A DNA stretch of 63,975 nt, the filler included, from Chiloscyllium plagiosum (Eukaryota), in assembly GCF_004010195.1 (NCBI RefSeq). It is 5 parts of one record of this genome, joined end to end, with 100 filler letters (N's around TTAATTAATTAA, not from the genome) between each part and the next. Parts side by side here need not be neighbours in the genome. Positions count along the whole stretch, not along the records: positions 1 to 25,346 come from NC_057716.1; 4 more parts are not named here. One strand, written 5' to 3'. This document shows, piece after piece, positions 13,043 through 23,999 of this stretch. How positions within the stretch are numbered: the stretch's first letter is position 1; each line of letters begins with the position of its first letter. Under the pieces are notes generated by a model. The model searched no databases. It saw only the letters and a program-made list of their open reading frames with translations, and was not told where the DNA came from. Both the position numbers and the translations under genes were made by a program.

Positions 13043-14220
13043 ACAGACGTTGGGAGGTCATGTTGCGTGTGTACAGGACATTGGTTAGGCCACTTTTGGA
13101 ATACTGCATTTAATTCTGGTCTCCCTGCCATAGGAAAGCTGTGTGAAGCTGAAAGGATTCAGAAAAGATTTACAAGGATGTTGCCAGGGTTAGAGGGTCT
13201 GAGCTATAGGGAGAGGCTGAATAGACTGCGGCTGTTTTCTCTGGAGTGTCAGAGGCTGAGGGGTGACCTTATAGAGGTTTATAAAATCAGCAGCATGGAT
13301 ACAGTGAATAGTCACAGGATAGGTGAGTACAAACTAGAGGGCATAGGTGTAAGGTGTGACGACCCTGCTCCTTTGACAAGGTTATTCTGTCCTTGATATT
13401 TTTTTCCCTCGGGGTCGTAAATATACAAAACTTCTGATATATCTGCTCTGGATGGGTTTTAGGGCCAATTTGATTAGAGCTAACAAATACTGCCTCAGGA
13501 AAAGGCTTTCAAGTTAAAACAAAACTTGTACAATGAAAGGGGAGTGGCCAGTTATCTCAGCTCAGCTTTTCTCTGATTTGTTTTGGTTTTAGCAGTCTGG
13601 CTGTTTTGAGCTGCTGATCAAAGCACATGGAAGAAGTTGTTCCATGCTGCATCTCTCTCCAGGAAGACCCTGTGTTTGATTTTATCTTTTTTATGCAAAG
13701 GGGGTATTTATGGGGATGTTGCAAGAATTTGGAATGGCATCATTAAGTTGCGATAGAGTCAGGATTTTAAATAGTTATTCTATATTCTGTTCTCTTTAGT
13801 TTGTATTTCATTCGATAATCTTGCAAATAAATTTTGTTTTGTTTAAAACTAAGTCATTGGGCGAGCTGCATCACTCCTGGAATATCCACTCTACACTAGC
13901 AACGTTGGGGTCCAGACTACTTTCCTGAAATGTTTTGAGGGGGTCTGGCTTGGTCCATAATAAAGGTGAGAGGGGAAAGATTTGAAAGGGATCTAAGGGG
14001 CAACATTTTCATAGAGGTTTATGTGTGTATGGAATGAACTGCTAAAGGAGATGGTAGAGGCTAGTGCAATTACAACATTTACAAGGCACTTGGATGGATA
14101 TGTGAATAGGAAGGGTTTCGAGGAATATGGGCCAAATGAGATTAGATTAATTTATGATATCTGGTCAGCATGGATGAATTAGACTGAAGGGTCTGTTTCC
14201 ACGCTGTACATCTCAGACTA
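13043..14220 (+). mobile_element. CR1-type LINE 3' portion, interrupted by a solo LTR
   Basis: ERIQKRFTRMLPGLEGLSYRERLNRL...RGDLIEVYKI. The LINE sequence resumes exactly after 13962. Confidence 0.88.
13355..13962 (+). mobile_element. Solo LTR (Gypsy-like, 4-bp TSD)
   Basis: Starts TGTGAC and ends CCATAATA (decayed ...CA). Flanked by AAGG at 13351-13354 and 13963-13966. Related to 33159-33795 in opposite orientation. Confidence 0.75.
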
Positions 14221-14599
14221 TGATCACATCCCTGTTTAAAGTTGAGAAACTACAACATTTGTAAAACATTTATAAAAGTGTGACTTAGGTGATGAAATAC
14301 TCAAAAAATGTAAGTACAAATAAAAGTTTGAAATGGGACCACAATTTGAGAATGCACGTCAATAGTGCAAGCAGGACCCTGACCTTCCTGTAGGTGCTCA
14401 TTTCAACACAGCACTCTGCTCGCATGCTACTTGTCTGTCCTTGAGCCACGTCACTTCCGCCTCTGCGATCACCGCCAGGAATACCACCACTACAATCGCC
14501 AGAGCCTCCACAAATGCTGCCTGCCACGTCACCTCTGCCACCAACCCACCCTCCACACCCAGCAACTTCCCTTGTCGCCGCAGATGTAAGTTTGTTAAG

Positions 14600-15062
14600 A
14601 GCATGCTATCAAGCAGCACCTGCTCAGTGGTGCCTAATTTGGGTTTCGCCAGGACCACTCAGCTCCTGACCTCATTACAACCTTGGACAAAAGAGCTGAA
14701 TTCCAAAAGGTGAGAGGAGAGTGACAGCCGTTGACATCAAATCCACATTTGACCGAGTATGGCATCAAGGAGCCCAAGCAAAAATGGAGTAAATGGGAAT
14801 CAGGGGGGCAAACACTCTTCTGGTTAGAGTCATACCTGGCACAAAGGAAAATGGTTGTGGAGGGTCAGTCATCTCAGCTCCAGGACATCTCTAGGAGTAC
14901 CTCAGGATAATATTTTAGGCCCAACAATTTTCAGCTGCTTCATCAATGACTTTCCCTCCATCATAAGGTTAAAAGTGGGGATGTTTGCCTTTGATTGCAC
15001 AGTGTCCAGCGCCATTTGCGACTCCTCAGATACTGAAGCAGTCTGTGCTCAAATGCAACAAG
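14600..15062 (+). mobile_element. LINE RT fragment (second CR1/L2-like family)
   Basis: GVPQDNILGPTIFSCFINDFPS...MFAFDCT RT motifs. Confidence 0.8.
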
Positions 15063-15063
15063 T

Positions 15064-15375
15064 GCGGCATGGTGGCTCAGTGGTTAGCACTGCTGCCTCA
15101 CAGTGCCAGGGACCCGAGTTTGATTCCAGCCTCAGGCGACTGTGTGGAGTTGGCACATTCTCCCCATTTCTGTGTGGGTTTCCTCTGGGTGCTCTGGTTT
15201 CCTCCCACAATCCAAAGATGTGCAGGTTAGGTGAATTGGCCATGCTAAATTGCCCATAGTGTTAGGTGCATTAGTCAGGGGTATATGTGGGGAATGGGTC
15301 TGGGTGGGTTACTCTTCGGAGAGTCGGTATGGACTTGTTGAGCCGTAGGGCCTATTTCCATTCTGTAGTTAATCT
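15064..15375 (+). mobile_element. HE1-type SINE
   Basis: GGCATGGTGGCTCAGTGGTTAGCACTGCTGCCTCACAG head and the same body as 6394-6733. Confidence 0.9.
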
Positions 15376-16256
15376 TAAACATAGAACGTTACAGTGCAGT
15401 ACAGGCCCTTTGGCCCTTGATGTTGTGCCAACCTGTGAAATTAATCTGATGCCCATCTAACCTACACCATTCCATTATTATCCATTTGTCCAATGCCCCT
15501 TTAAATGCCCTTAACATTGGCAAGTCTACTATTATTGCAGGCAGGCCATTCCACGTCCCTCCTACTCTGAATAAAGAAACTACCTCTGAAATCTGTCCTA
15601 AATCTATCACCGCTCAACTTAAAGTTATGTCCCCTCGTGTTAGCCTTCACTATCCAAGGAAAAAGGCTCTCACTATCCACCCCATCTAACCTTCTGATTA
15701 TCTGATACGTCTCGATTAAAGGTGACAAAATCACCTGTTTTGTCACCTTCTTGAAGAACTTAATAAAGTTAGTGAGGTTCAACCTACCCTTCACAAAATA
15801 GTGTTGACTATCCCTAATCAAATTATTCCTTTCCAGATGATTATCTTTTATAACCTTTTCCAACACCTTACCCACAACCGAAGTAAGGCTCACTGGCCTA
15901 TAATTACCAGGGTTGTCCCGACTCCCCTTCTTAAACAAGGGAACAATATTTGCTATCCTCCAGTCTTCTAGCACTATTCCTGTCAACAATGATGACATAA
16001 AGATCTGCAATCTCCTCCCTGACTTCCCAGAGAATCCATGGATAAATCTCATCCAGCCCCGGGTCTTATCTATTTTCAGATCTTCCAAAATTGCTAAAAT
16101 CTCCTCTTTGGCAACCTCAAAACCATCTAATCTTGTAGTCTGTATCTCTGTATTCTCACTAACATTGCCCTTTTCCCATGATCAAAGTTTGTGCGAAGAT
16201 TTGTAGCTCGGGTGCTCGTTGTTGTGGTTCTGTTCGCCGAGCTGGAAGTTTTTGTT

Positions 16257-16296
16257 GCAAACGTTTCGTCCCCTGGCTAGGCGACATCATCAGTGC
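16257..16296 (-). ncRNA. Minimal hammerhead ribozyme motif (left arm)
   Basis: Minus strand: gca-CUGAUGA-U-GUCGCCU-AGCC-AGGGGAC-GAAAC-GUU-ugc. Confidence 0.75.
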
Positions 16297-16570
16297 TTGG
16301 GAGCCTCCTGCGAAGCACTTCTTTGATGTTTCCTCCAGTGTTTATAGTGGTCTGTCCCTGCCGCTTCCGGTTGTCAGTTTCAGCTGTCCGCTGTAGTGGT
16401 TGGTATATTGGGTATATCATCCACAAACTCCATCAACAAACACATCGACCTGGACCCAATATACCAACCACTACAGCGGACAGCTGAAACTGACAACCGG
16501 AAGCGGCAGGGACAGACCACTATAAACACCGGAGGAAACATCAAAGAAGCGCTTTGCAGGAGGCTCCCAA

Positions 16571-16610
16571 GCACTGATGATGTCACCTAGCCAGGGGACG
16601 AAACGTTTGC
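16571..16610 (+). ncRNA. Minimal hammerhead ribozyme motif (right arm)
   Basis: gca-CUGAUGA-U-GUCACCU-AGCC-AGGGGAC-GAAAC-GUU-ugc. Shows the core boxes, helix II and short helix I pairing gca/ugc. Confidence 0.75.
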
Positions 16611-17500
16611 AACAAAAACTTCCAGCTCGGCGAACAGAACCACAACAACTTTTCCCATGAATACTGATGAAAAGTATTCATTATAATCGCTTCTCCTATG
16701 TCCTCAGATTCCACACACAACCTTCCACTACTACCTTTGATTGGCCCCACCTTTCTTCCTACCTGTGTCGTTGGTGCCTATGTGGACCATGACTTAGGGC
16801 TGCCCCCCCTCCCCTTCAAGGATCCTGAAAACACAATCAGAGACATCACGAACCCTGGCATCTGGGAGGCAACACATCAATTCTGAGTCTCTCTCGTTCC
16901 CACAAAACCTATCTGTCTCCCGAACTATGGAGTCCCCAAGACTAAAGCTCTGGTCCTCTTCCTCCTTCCCGTCTGAACCACAGGGACAGACTCTGCGCCA
17001 GAGACCTGTGCCGCATTGCTTACCCCTCAGTCGTACCCCCCCCCAACAGTATCCAAAACGGCATACTTGTTGTTGAGGGGAACCACCATAGGAGACCCCT
17101 GCACTGCCTGCCAGTTCCCTTTCCTAGCCCTGACGGTAACCCACCGACCTTCTTCATTTGGCTGTGAAGTAACTACCTCCATGTAATTTCTCTCAATAAC
17201 CCCCTCTGCCTCCTGAATGATCCAAAATTCATCCAGCTCCAGCTCCTGTTCCCTAACATGGTTCTCAAAGAGCTGGAATTGGGTGGACCCCTACCTTCCA
17301 CATACTGTAGGAGGAACATTCAACTGCCCTAACCTCCATTCCTGCTATTCTAAATTTCCAAACAGACTGCCGAGAAAAAAACACAAAACAAAACACTTGC
17401 CACCTTACCAACCAACGCACTGAAATTGTTTTTGGTGAGAGGAGGAGGATGAGTGGACTATCCGAGTAGTGCTTCGGGTAAAGCAACCACCTAAATATGT

Positions 17501-17750
17501 GACCTCATGACCTCTCTAACTGCATTCAGGAACTGAAGTAAAACTGGAACTAAAAAACAAATTTAAAATGTATACTCATGTATCCCAACAGGCTCCACTG
17601 CTCCCTGGAGACCTCGTGACCTCTCCAACTGTGACCAGGAGCTGAAGTAAAACCAGAACTAAAAGAAATTTAAACCGTATACGAACACATCCTGACAAGC
17701 TCTGCTACTCCCTGGAAATCTTGTGACCTCTCCGACTGTATCTAGGAACT
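17501..17750. repeat. ~108-bp diverged tandem monomers (~2.3 copies) at the 5' end of a CR1 element
   Basis: Units start near 17501, 17610 and 17717 and share TGACCTCTC.AACTG...CAGGA.CTGAAGTAAAAC. Confidence 0.75.
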
Positions 17751-19078
17751 CTGGTAGTCAGTGTGGGGAATGAGCATATGACTTTGTTCTGCCTTTCGCA
17801 CATTCCAAACATCAACCTGAATTATCAACATCTTTTATTCACCAGCACTCTTACATCCCTCCCCCCTCCCCAACTATAGAAGAAATGCTGCCCCCTCCAC
17901 ACTTGATCATGTACACTTGATATGGTTAGTTGTTTCTCTCCCTCTCCATGGATGCTGTCTGACCCACTGTGATCTCCAGCATTTGTTGTTTTCAGTACAG
18001 ATTCCAGCATCTGCAATAATTTGCTCCTACAGATCTCTGATCCTCTGGCTCGCACTTCGTTAACTGACCTTCCTACTGTCAACTCTTCATGATCGCTTCC
18101 CTCATGCCACCTGTCTCATCTCAAGGATTAGGAAGAAGGAAGCAGTGAGTGAAGAGTAGTAGAGAAAAAAAGGCATATTTCTGAACTTTAAACATTAATT
18201 TCAAATACTTTCATTTGCAAATATGGGAATTTAAGAATATTTTAAACTCTTAATTTTTTTTAATAGATTCCATAGGACCTGTTCTAACTATACATTTACT
18301 TGATGTAATATGAAAATCTGATCTGCTTAACATCGTTTCATTTAATGTTGCACTTGTCAGAAGAGCAACTATAAAATTAAACAAAGTACTATGGAAGTAG
18401 TCAGCAAAAATGACTGGATTTATGCTATAATGTGGGGGTGGGATCCAGGAAGATAGTGAGGAAAGAGATCAATCTGAGACTGGTACAGTTGAGAACAGAA
18501 GAGAGTCAAACAGTCAGGGCAGGCAGGGACAAGGTAGGACTAATAAACTAAATTGCATTTATTTCAATGCAAGGGGCCTAACGGGAAGACAGATGAACTC
18601 AGGGCATGGTTAGGAACATTGGACTGGGATATCATAGCAATTACAGAAACATGGCTCAGGGATGGGCAGGACTGGCANNNNNNNNNNNNNNNNNNNNNNN
18701 NNNNNNNNNNNNNNNNNNNNNNNNNNNNNNNNNNNNNNNNNNNNNNNNNNNNNNNNNNNNNNNNNNNNNNNNNNNNNNNNNNNNNNNNNNNNNNNNNNNN
18801 NNNNNNNNNNNNNNNNNNNNNNNNNNNNNNNNNNNNNNNNNNNNNNNNNNNNNNNNTTTCTGATTCAGTATGTGGATGTACCTACTAGAGAAGGTGCAAA
18901 ACTTGACCTACTCTTGGGAAATAAGGCAGGGCAGGTGACTGAAGTGTCAGTGGGGGAACACTTTGGGGCTAGCGACCATAATTCTATTAGATTTAAAATA
19001 GTGATGGAAAATGACAGACCAGATCTAAAAGTTGAAGTTCTAATTTGGAGAAAGACCAATTTTGACAGCATTAGGCAA

Positions 19079-19378
19079 GTGGTTAGCACTGCTGCCTCAG
19101 AGCGCCTGAGACCCGGGTTCAATTCCCGCCTCAGGCGACTGACTGTGTGGAGTTTGCACATTCTCCCCGTGTCTGTGTGGGTTTCCTCCGGGTGCTCCGG
19201 TTTCCTCCCACAGTCCAAAGATGTGCAGGTCAGGTGAATTGACCATGTTAAATTGCCCGTAGTGTTAGGTAATGGGTAAATGTAGGGGTAGGGGTATGGG
19301 TGGATTGCGCTTCGGCGGGTCGGTGTGGACTTGTTGGGCCGAAGGGCCTGTTTCCACACTGTAATGTAATCTAATCTA
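19079..19378 (+). mobile_element. HE1-type SINE (slightly 5'-truncated) inside a LINE
   Basis: GTGGTTAGCACTGCTGCCTC...GGTTCAATTCCC...AATCTAATCTAA. Confidence 0.92.
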
Positions 19379-19824
19379 AACTTTCAAAAGCTGATTGGGG
19401 GCATTGATTGTTCACAGGTAAAGGGATGGCTGGAAAATGGGAAGCCTTCAGGAATGACATAACAAGAATCCAGAGAAAGTATATTCCTGTTAGGGTGAAA
19501 GGAAAGGCTGGTAGGTATAGGGAATGCTGGATGACTAAAGAAATTGAGGGTTTGGTTAAGAAAAAGAAGGAAGCATATGTAAGGTATAGACAGGATAAAT
19601 CTAGAGAAGTGATTGCTGGGCCTCTTGCTGAGATATTTGTATCATCGATAGTCACAGGTGAAGTGCCGGAAGACTGAAGTTGGCTAATGTGGTGCCACTG
19701 TTTAAGAAGGGTGGTAAGGACAAGCCAGGAACTGTAGACCAGTTAGCCTGACGTCAGTGGTGGGCAAATTGTTGGAGAGACAGGATGTACATGCATTTGG
19801 AAAGTCAAGGACTGATTAGGGATA

Positions 19825-19979
19825 AGAGAAAGTGAGGACTGCAGATGCTGGAGATCAGAGCTGAAAAATGTGTTACTGGAAAAGCGCAGCAGGTCAGCCA
19901 GCATCCAAGGAGCAGGAGAATCGACGTTTCAGGCATAAGCCCTTCTTCAGGAATCTGAAGAAGGGCTTATGCCCGAAAC
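19825..19979. mobile_element. Short Penelope family B insertion with a small terminal inversion
   Basis: 15-bp TSD GACTGATTAGGGATA (19810-19824, 19980-19994). Hammerhead core on the minus strand (~19920-19954) and an inverted partial copy at 19955-19980. Confidence 0.88.
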
Positions 19980-21258
19980 GACTGATTAGGGATAGTCAAC
20001 TTTGTGGTGGGAAATCATGTCTCACAAACTTGATTTGAGTTTTTTGAAGAAGTATCAAAGAGGATTGATGAGGTCAGAGCGGTAGATGTGATCTATATGT
20101 ACTTCAGTAAGGCATTCGACAAGATTCCCCATGGGAGACTAGTGAGCAAGATTAGATCTCACAGAATACAGGGAGAACTAGCCATTTGGATACAGAACTG
20201 GCTCAAAGATAGAAGACAGAGGGTGGTGGTGGAGGGTTGTTTTTCAGACTGGAGGCCTGTGACCAGTGGAGTGCCACAAGGATCAGTGCTAGGTCCTCAA
20301 CATTTTGTCATTTATATAAATGATATGGATGTGAGCATAAGAGGTACAGTTAGTTAGTTTGCAGATGACACCAAAATTGGAGGTGTCATGGACAGCGAAG
20401 AAGGTTACCTCAGATTACAACAGGATCTAATACCAGATGGGCCAATGGGCTGAGAAGTGGCTGATGGAGTTTAATTCAATTAAATGCGAGGTGCTGCATT
20501 TTTGGAAAGCAAATCTTAGCAGGACTCATACAATGGCAAGGTCCGAGGGAGTGTTGCTGAACAAAGAGACCTTGGCCTGCAGGTTCATAGCTCCTTGAAA
20601 GTGGAGTCACAGGTAGATAGGATAGTGCAGGTGTTTGGTATGCTTTCTTTTATTGGTCAGAATAATGAGTACAGGAGTTGGGATGTCATGTTGCGGCTGT
20701 ACAGGACATTGGTTAGGCCACTGTTGGAATATTGCGTGCAATTCTGGTCTCCTTCCTATCAGAAAGATGTTGTGAAACTTGTAAGGGTTCAGAAAAGATT
20801 TACAAGGATGTTGCCTGGGTTGGAGGATCTGAACTATGGAGAGGGGCTGAACAGGCTGAGGCTGTTTTCCCTGGAGCGTTGGAGCTGAGGGGTGACCTTA
20901 TAGAGGTTTACAAAATCATGAGGGGCATGGATAGGATAAATAGACAAATATGTTTCCCTGGGGTTAGGGAGTCCAGAACTAGAGGGCATAGGTTTAGGGT
21001 GAGAGGGGAAAGATATAAAAGAGACTTAAGGGGCAACGTTTTCCTGCAGAGGGTGGTACATATGTGGAATGAGCTGCCAGAGGAAGTGGTACAATTGCAA
21101 CATTTAAAAGTCATTTGGATGGATATATGAATAGGAAGGGTTTGGAGGGATATGGGCCGGGTGCTGACATGTGGGACTAGATTGAGTTGGGATATCTGGT
21201 TGGCATGGACAAGTTGGACCGAAGGGTCTGTTTCCATGCTGTACATCTCCATGACTCT

Positions 21259-21548
21259 GGTGTTGGACTGAGGTGGGAAGTTAAAAATCACACACCAGGT
21301 TATTGTCCAACAAATTTTTTTGGAAGTACAAGCTTTCAGAGTGCTGCTATTGGAGCAGGATCATAAAACACATACAACTGATGCAATTTTTTTTTAAAAC
21401 CTAGATTACTGTTAAGTCTTTTAGAATGGATTGCAGGTTTCGATTATTTAATATGCAAATCCCAGAACTTCTTTCAAGTGACAAGCTCCGAAAGCTTGTA
21501 CTTCCAAATAAACCTGTTGAACTATAACCTAGTGTGTGATTTTTAATT
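21259..21548. mobile_element. Penelope family A fold-back fragment, degenerate
   Basis: AAAAATCACAC...CCAACA...GGAAGTACAAGCTTTC (21283-21337) is inverted relative to GAAAGCTTGTACTTCC...GTGTGATTTTT (21490-21544). Confidence 0.75.
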
Positions 21549-21739
21549 CTGGAAGCTCTTTAAATGCAACAAACACCTCAATTAAACTTACTTTGTTTCC
21601 AAACGTCCATGCTCGGTAGATAACAAGACGTTTGGAAATAAAATCAACCATGATGCGAGTAACTAAGAGGTACCCAACTGGAGTCAGTGAAAGTATGCAA
21701 GTAGCACAGAAAGACCTTATGCACTGGTTATTTCGCTCA

Positions 21740-21982
21740 GCCCAAACACGGACACTGAGTATTGGGCGGGCCAAATACCCATTGCCCCTCCTCCTAGGGG
21801 CAGGCGACCTCACAGATGGCAGGCCATGTGGTCGGAGAACAGGCTGGCTCATTGGCCATTCCCGGCCACGTGACCTGGAGTGGCGCGAAATTGTGGCCGC
21901 GAGGACCTTATCGCGCGCGGAGACGGTTGGTAACTGTCTCGTTTGATTCTCTTTATTCTGAGGCCCATTCCTTTCTTCCGAA
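21740..21982 (+). promoter_or_regulatory. MCM6: MCM6 CpG-rich promoter/5' UTR with E2F, CCAAT, GC-box and E-box motifs
   Basis: ATTGG at 21761 and 21851, GGGCGG at 21764, CACGTGAC at 21867-21874, TGGCGCGAAA (reverse of E2F site TTTCGCGC) at 21881-21890, TCGCGCGCGG at 21911. Confidence 0.8.
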
Positions 21983-22080
21983 ATGGATCTGGCGGAGACC
22001 GCGGTAGGAGCCGCCGGGCAGCAAGTGAAGGATGAGCTGGCGGAGAAATGCCAGAAACTGTTCCAGGATTTCTTAGAGGA
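21983..22080 (+). CDS. MCM6: DNA replication licensing factor MCM6, first coding exon (rest of the gene not in this segment)
   Basis: MDLAETAVGAAGQQVKDELAEKCQKLFQDFLE(E)|gtaagt matches the vertebrate MCM6 N-terminus (DEVAEKCQKLFLDFLEE). Syntenic with DARS1. Confidence 0.96.
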
Positions 22081-22513
22081 GTAAGTGGAGTTAGCGGTAA
22101 CTTTTAAGTATCGGGGGAGGGGAGATCAGTCCCGGACTTTGTCTGTCAGTGGCCGCAGACTGTCTTCAGTCCGGGCATGTCGCCCCGGCCTTGGGATGGG
22201 TTGGCGTCTGAACCTCGAGCAGCACTCACTCCGCGTCGAGATTTTTGTTTTCGTCAGCCCGGGCCTGCGGTAGGCGGCTACGGTACAGTCCGCAGCGGCA
22301 CAGTGAGCATAAAACTGCTGGCTCCAGCTTCACCTGACTTTCCCCCCTCAACAGCACTGAGTTATAGAGCCCATTGTATTTTTTTTTGTTCGTTACCCCC
22401 CGAAAAAAATCCGACACAGCTGTATCAACTTTTCCCCGCCTCGTTGATCTTTACTGAAGTTTTCAGAAGTCTCCCAGATCTCTCTCATTCGGCTGCATGT
22501 ACAACCTGTAGAG

Positions 22514-22536
22514 GGCGCGAAGAGCGCGCATGCGCG
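22514..22536. promoter_or_regulatory. Intronic E2F-like plus NRF1 motif pair
   Basis: GGCGCGAA at 22514-22521 followed by the palindrome GCGCATGCGC at 22526-22535, at the edge of the CpG island. Confidence 0.5.
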
Positions 22537-23999
22537 AGGACTCAAAACAGCCCCTGTCACTCGCTTATATCTCAGGTGTACTATAATGTCTGTTTAGAAC
22601 TTATCAAATATACACTAACCAGAAGTTCTGTTGGACTCTATTGCCGCCTATCTGTCTTCGGCCATTACATTGCCCAGGGAGCCAGGAGGCTGTGCCTGAG
22701 GGTGCTGCTGCACCTGTTTATGTCACCCAGTGCCTCACCTTGACCAGTTCCAGGCACGTAGCAACTATTTTTGGGCACCGGGTTACAATGCGGTTGGAGC
22801 ACTGCCCTGTAGGTACCCACGGGATAGTAAAATGCCATGTTTCCTCCTTTTGATCAGCCAGTAGAAAATAGAGCAAGCTCCTACTTGGTGCCAGATGTAC
22901 ATCAACAGGTTATGAAACAAGTGCAGATTACTGAAATTGAGATCTGAAATAAAAACAGAAATTACTGGAGAAACTCTGCAGGTTGAGCAGCATCTGCGGG
23001 AAAGTAGAGTTAATGTTTTGAGTCTGGTGGCTCTTCATGAAAACTTCTGATCAACATTTCTGATAAAGAGTCACTAGACTCGAATGTTAACTCTGTTTGC
23101 CCACTGGTGTTGCCAAATCTACTGAGTTCCTCCAGCAATTTCTGTTTTTGTTTCAGAGAATGCAGAAGCAACTCAGCAGCTCTGGCAGCATCAATGCAGA
23201 GAGCAAGTGTTACTATTTCAAATACAGAATGAGTCTTCTGAGGTGAAAGCTGCACAAAAATGTAAACAAAAATTCAGTTCTGAAGATACTGGACTCAAAA
23301 CGTGTGTTTTTCTATTCATGTGTGCTGTCAATCCTGCTCAGTTGCTTCAGTATTGCTTTTTTTTTCAGATTTCCAGTATCGGCAGTATTTTACTTTTATG
23401 TTTTGGTGCATACACATACTTGCTACAGACTCATGGTTAGCTGCATCACAGACTGCATATGCACAGTGGCCATTTTTGAGTTATGGATAATCATTCAATT
23501 TAAATTTTGTTGTAATAGTGTTGAAGTAAGCTTCTTGGGAGTCCTTTTTGGCATATGCATACAATTTTTGGCTTGTTTTGACTTTCCCTCTCATTGGATC
23601 CCTGTTACTAAATGACAGGTCAACGTTTAATAAAAATTATACTGTTAGACTCCAAGTCAAGATTGTAAAACTTCATTAGAATGCATGTAAACAAACGTAT
23701 CTCCAGTCTCTCAAATAAAACCCTGCAAATCACTATCTCTTTCCCTTGATGATCATATTTGAAAATTCAACTTATTCATTGTTTGTTTCTTAAAACTTAA
23801 GGTTATTAAGATTATTCTTAGGCTACATTGTAGCTTTGTTCAGTGGCCAGAATGCATCAGTTCAAGTTGATATCCGGGTTTAAACACACTTTTTAGTAAG
23901 ATGTATGTAACAAGGAAGACAGAAGCCAAAGTGAACTTTGGCCTTTAGAGAATGGAGCTCCTGAGATGAAGAATGAGAGGTTGTTGTTGAAGGAAAAAA

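Larger units (their letters stand above)
16182..16648. mobile_element. Fold-back Penelope-like insertion with 196-bp inverted arms, each carrying a hammerhead motif
   Basis: Arms 16218-16413 and 16454-16649. TSD CTTTTCCCATGA (16170-16181, 16649-16660). Centre and right arm encode STNSINKHIDLDPIYQPL, resembling the C-terminus of a Penelope GIY-YIG ORF. Confidence 0.9.
15380..17500 (-). mobile_element. CR1-type LINE with internal deletions (ORF1 zinc-finger/esterase pieces, RT pieces, 3' end)
   Basis: MEVRAVECSS (ORF1 start), DWRIANIVPLFKKGSRDNPGNYRPVSLTSVVGK (ORF2) and 3' tail. Interrupted at 16182-16648. Confidence 0.85.
18430..21258 (+). mobile_element. CR1/HER1-type LINE ORF2 (APE endonuclease, RT, 3' end) with nested SINE and Penelope insertions
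   Basis: DIIAITETW, PTREGAKLDLLL...[30 protein letters not shown] motifs. Contains an N gap at 18678-18856. Confidence 0.93.

Noticed and set aside
14395..14590. ETS-CRE composite motif ACGTCACTTCCG (14448-14459) and Ala/Thr-rich ORFs
   Set aside because: Sits among repeat fragments, is internally repeated and has no adjacent first exon. More likely transposon-derived, although I could not assign the family.
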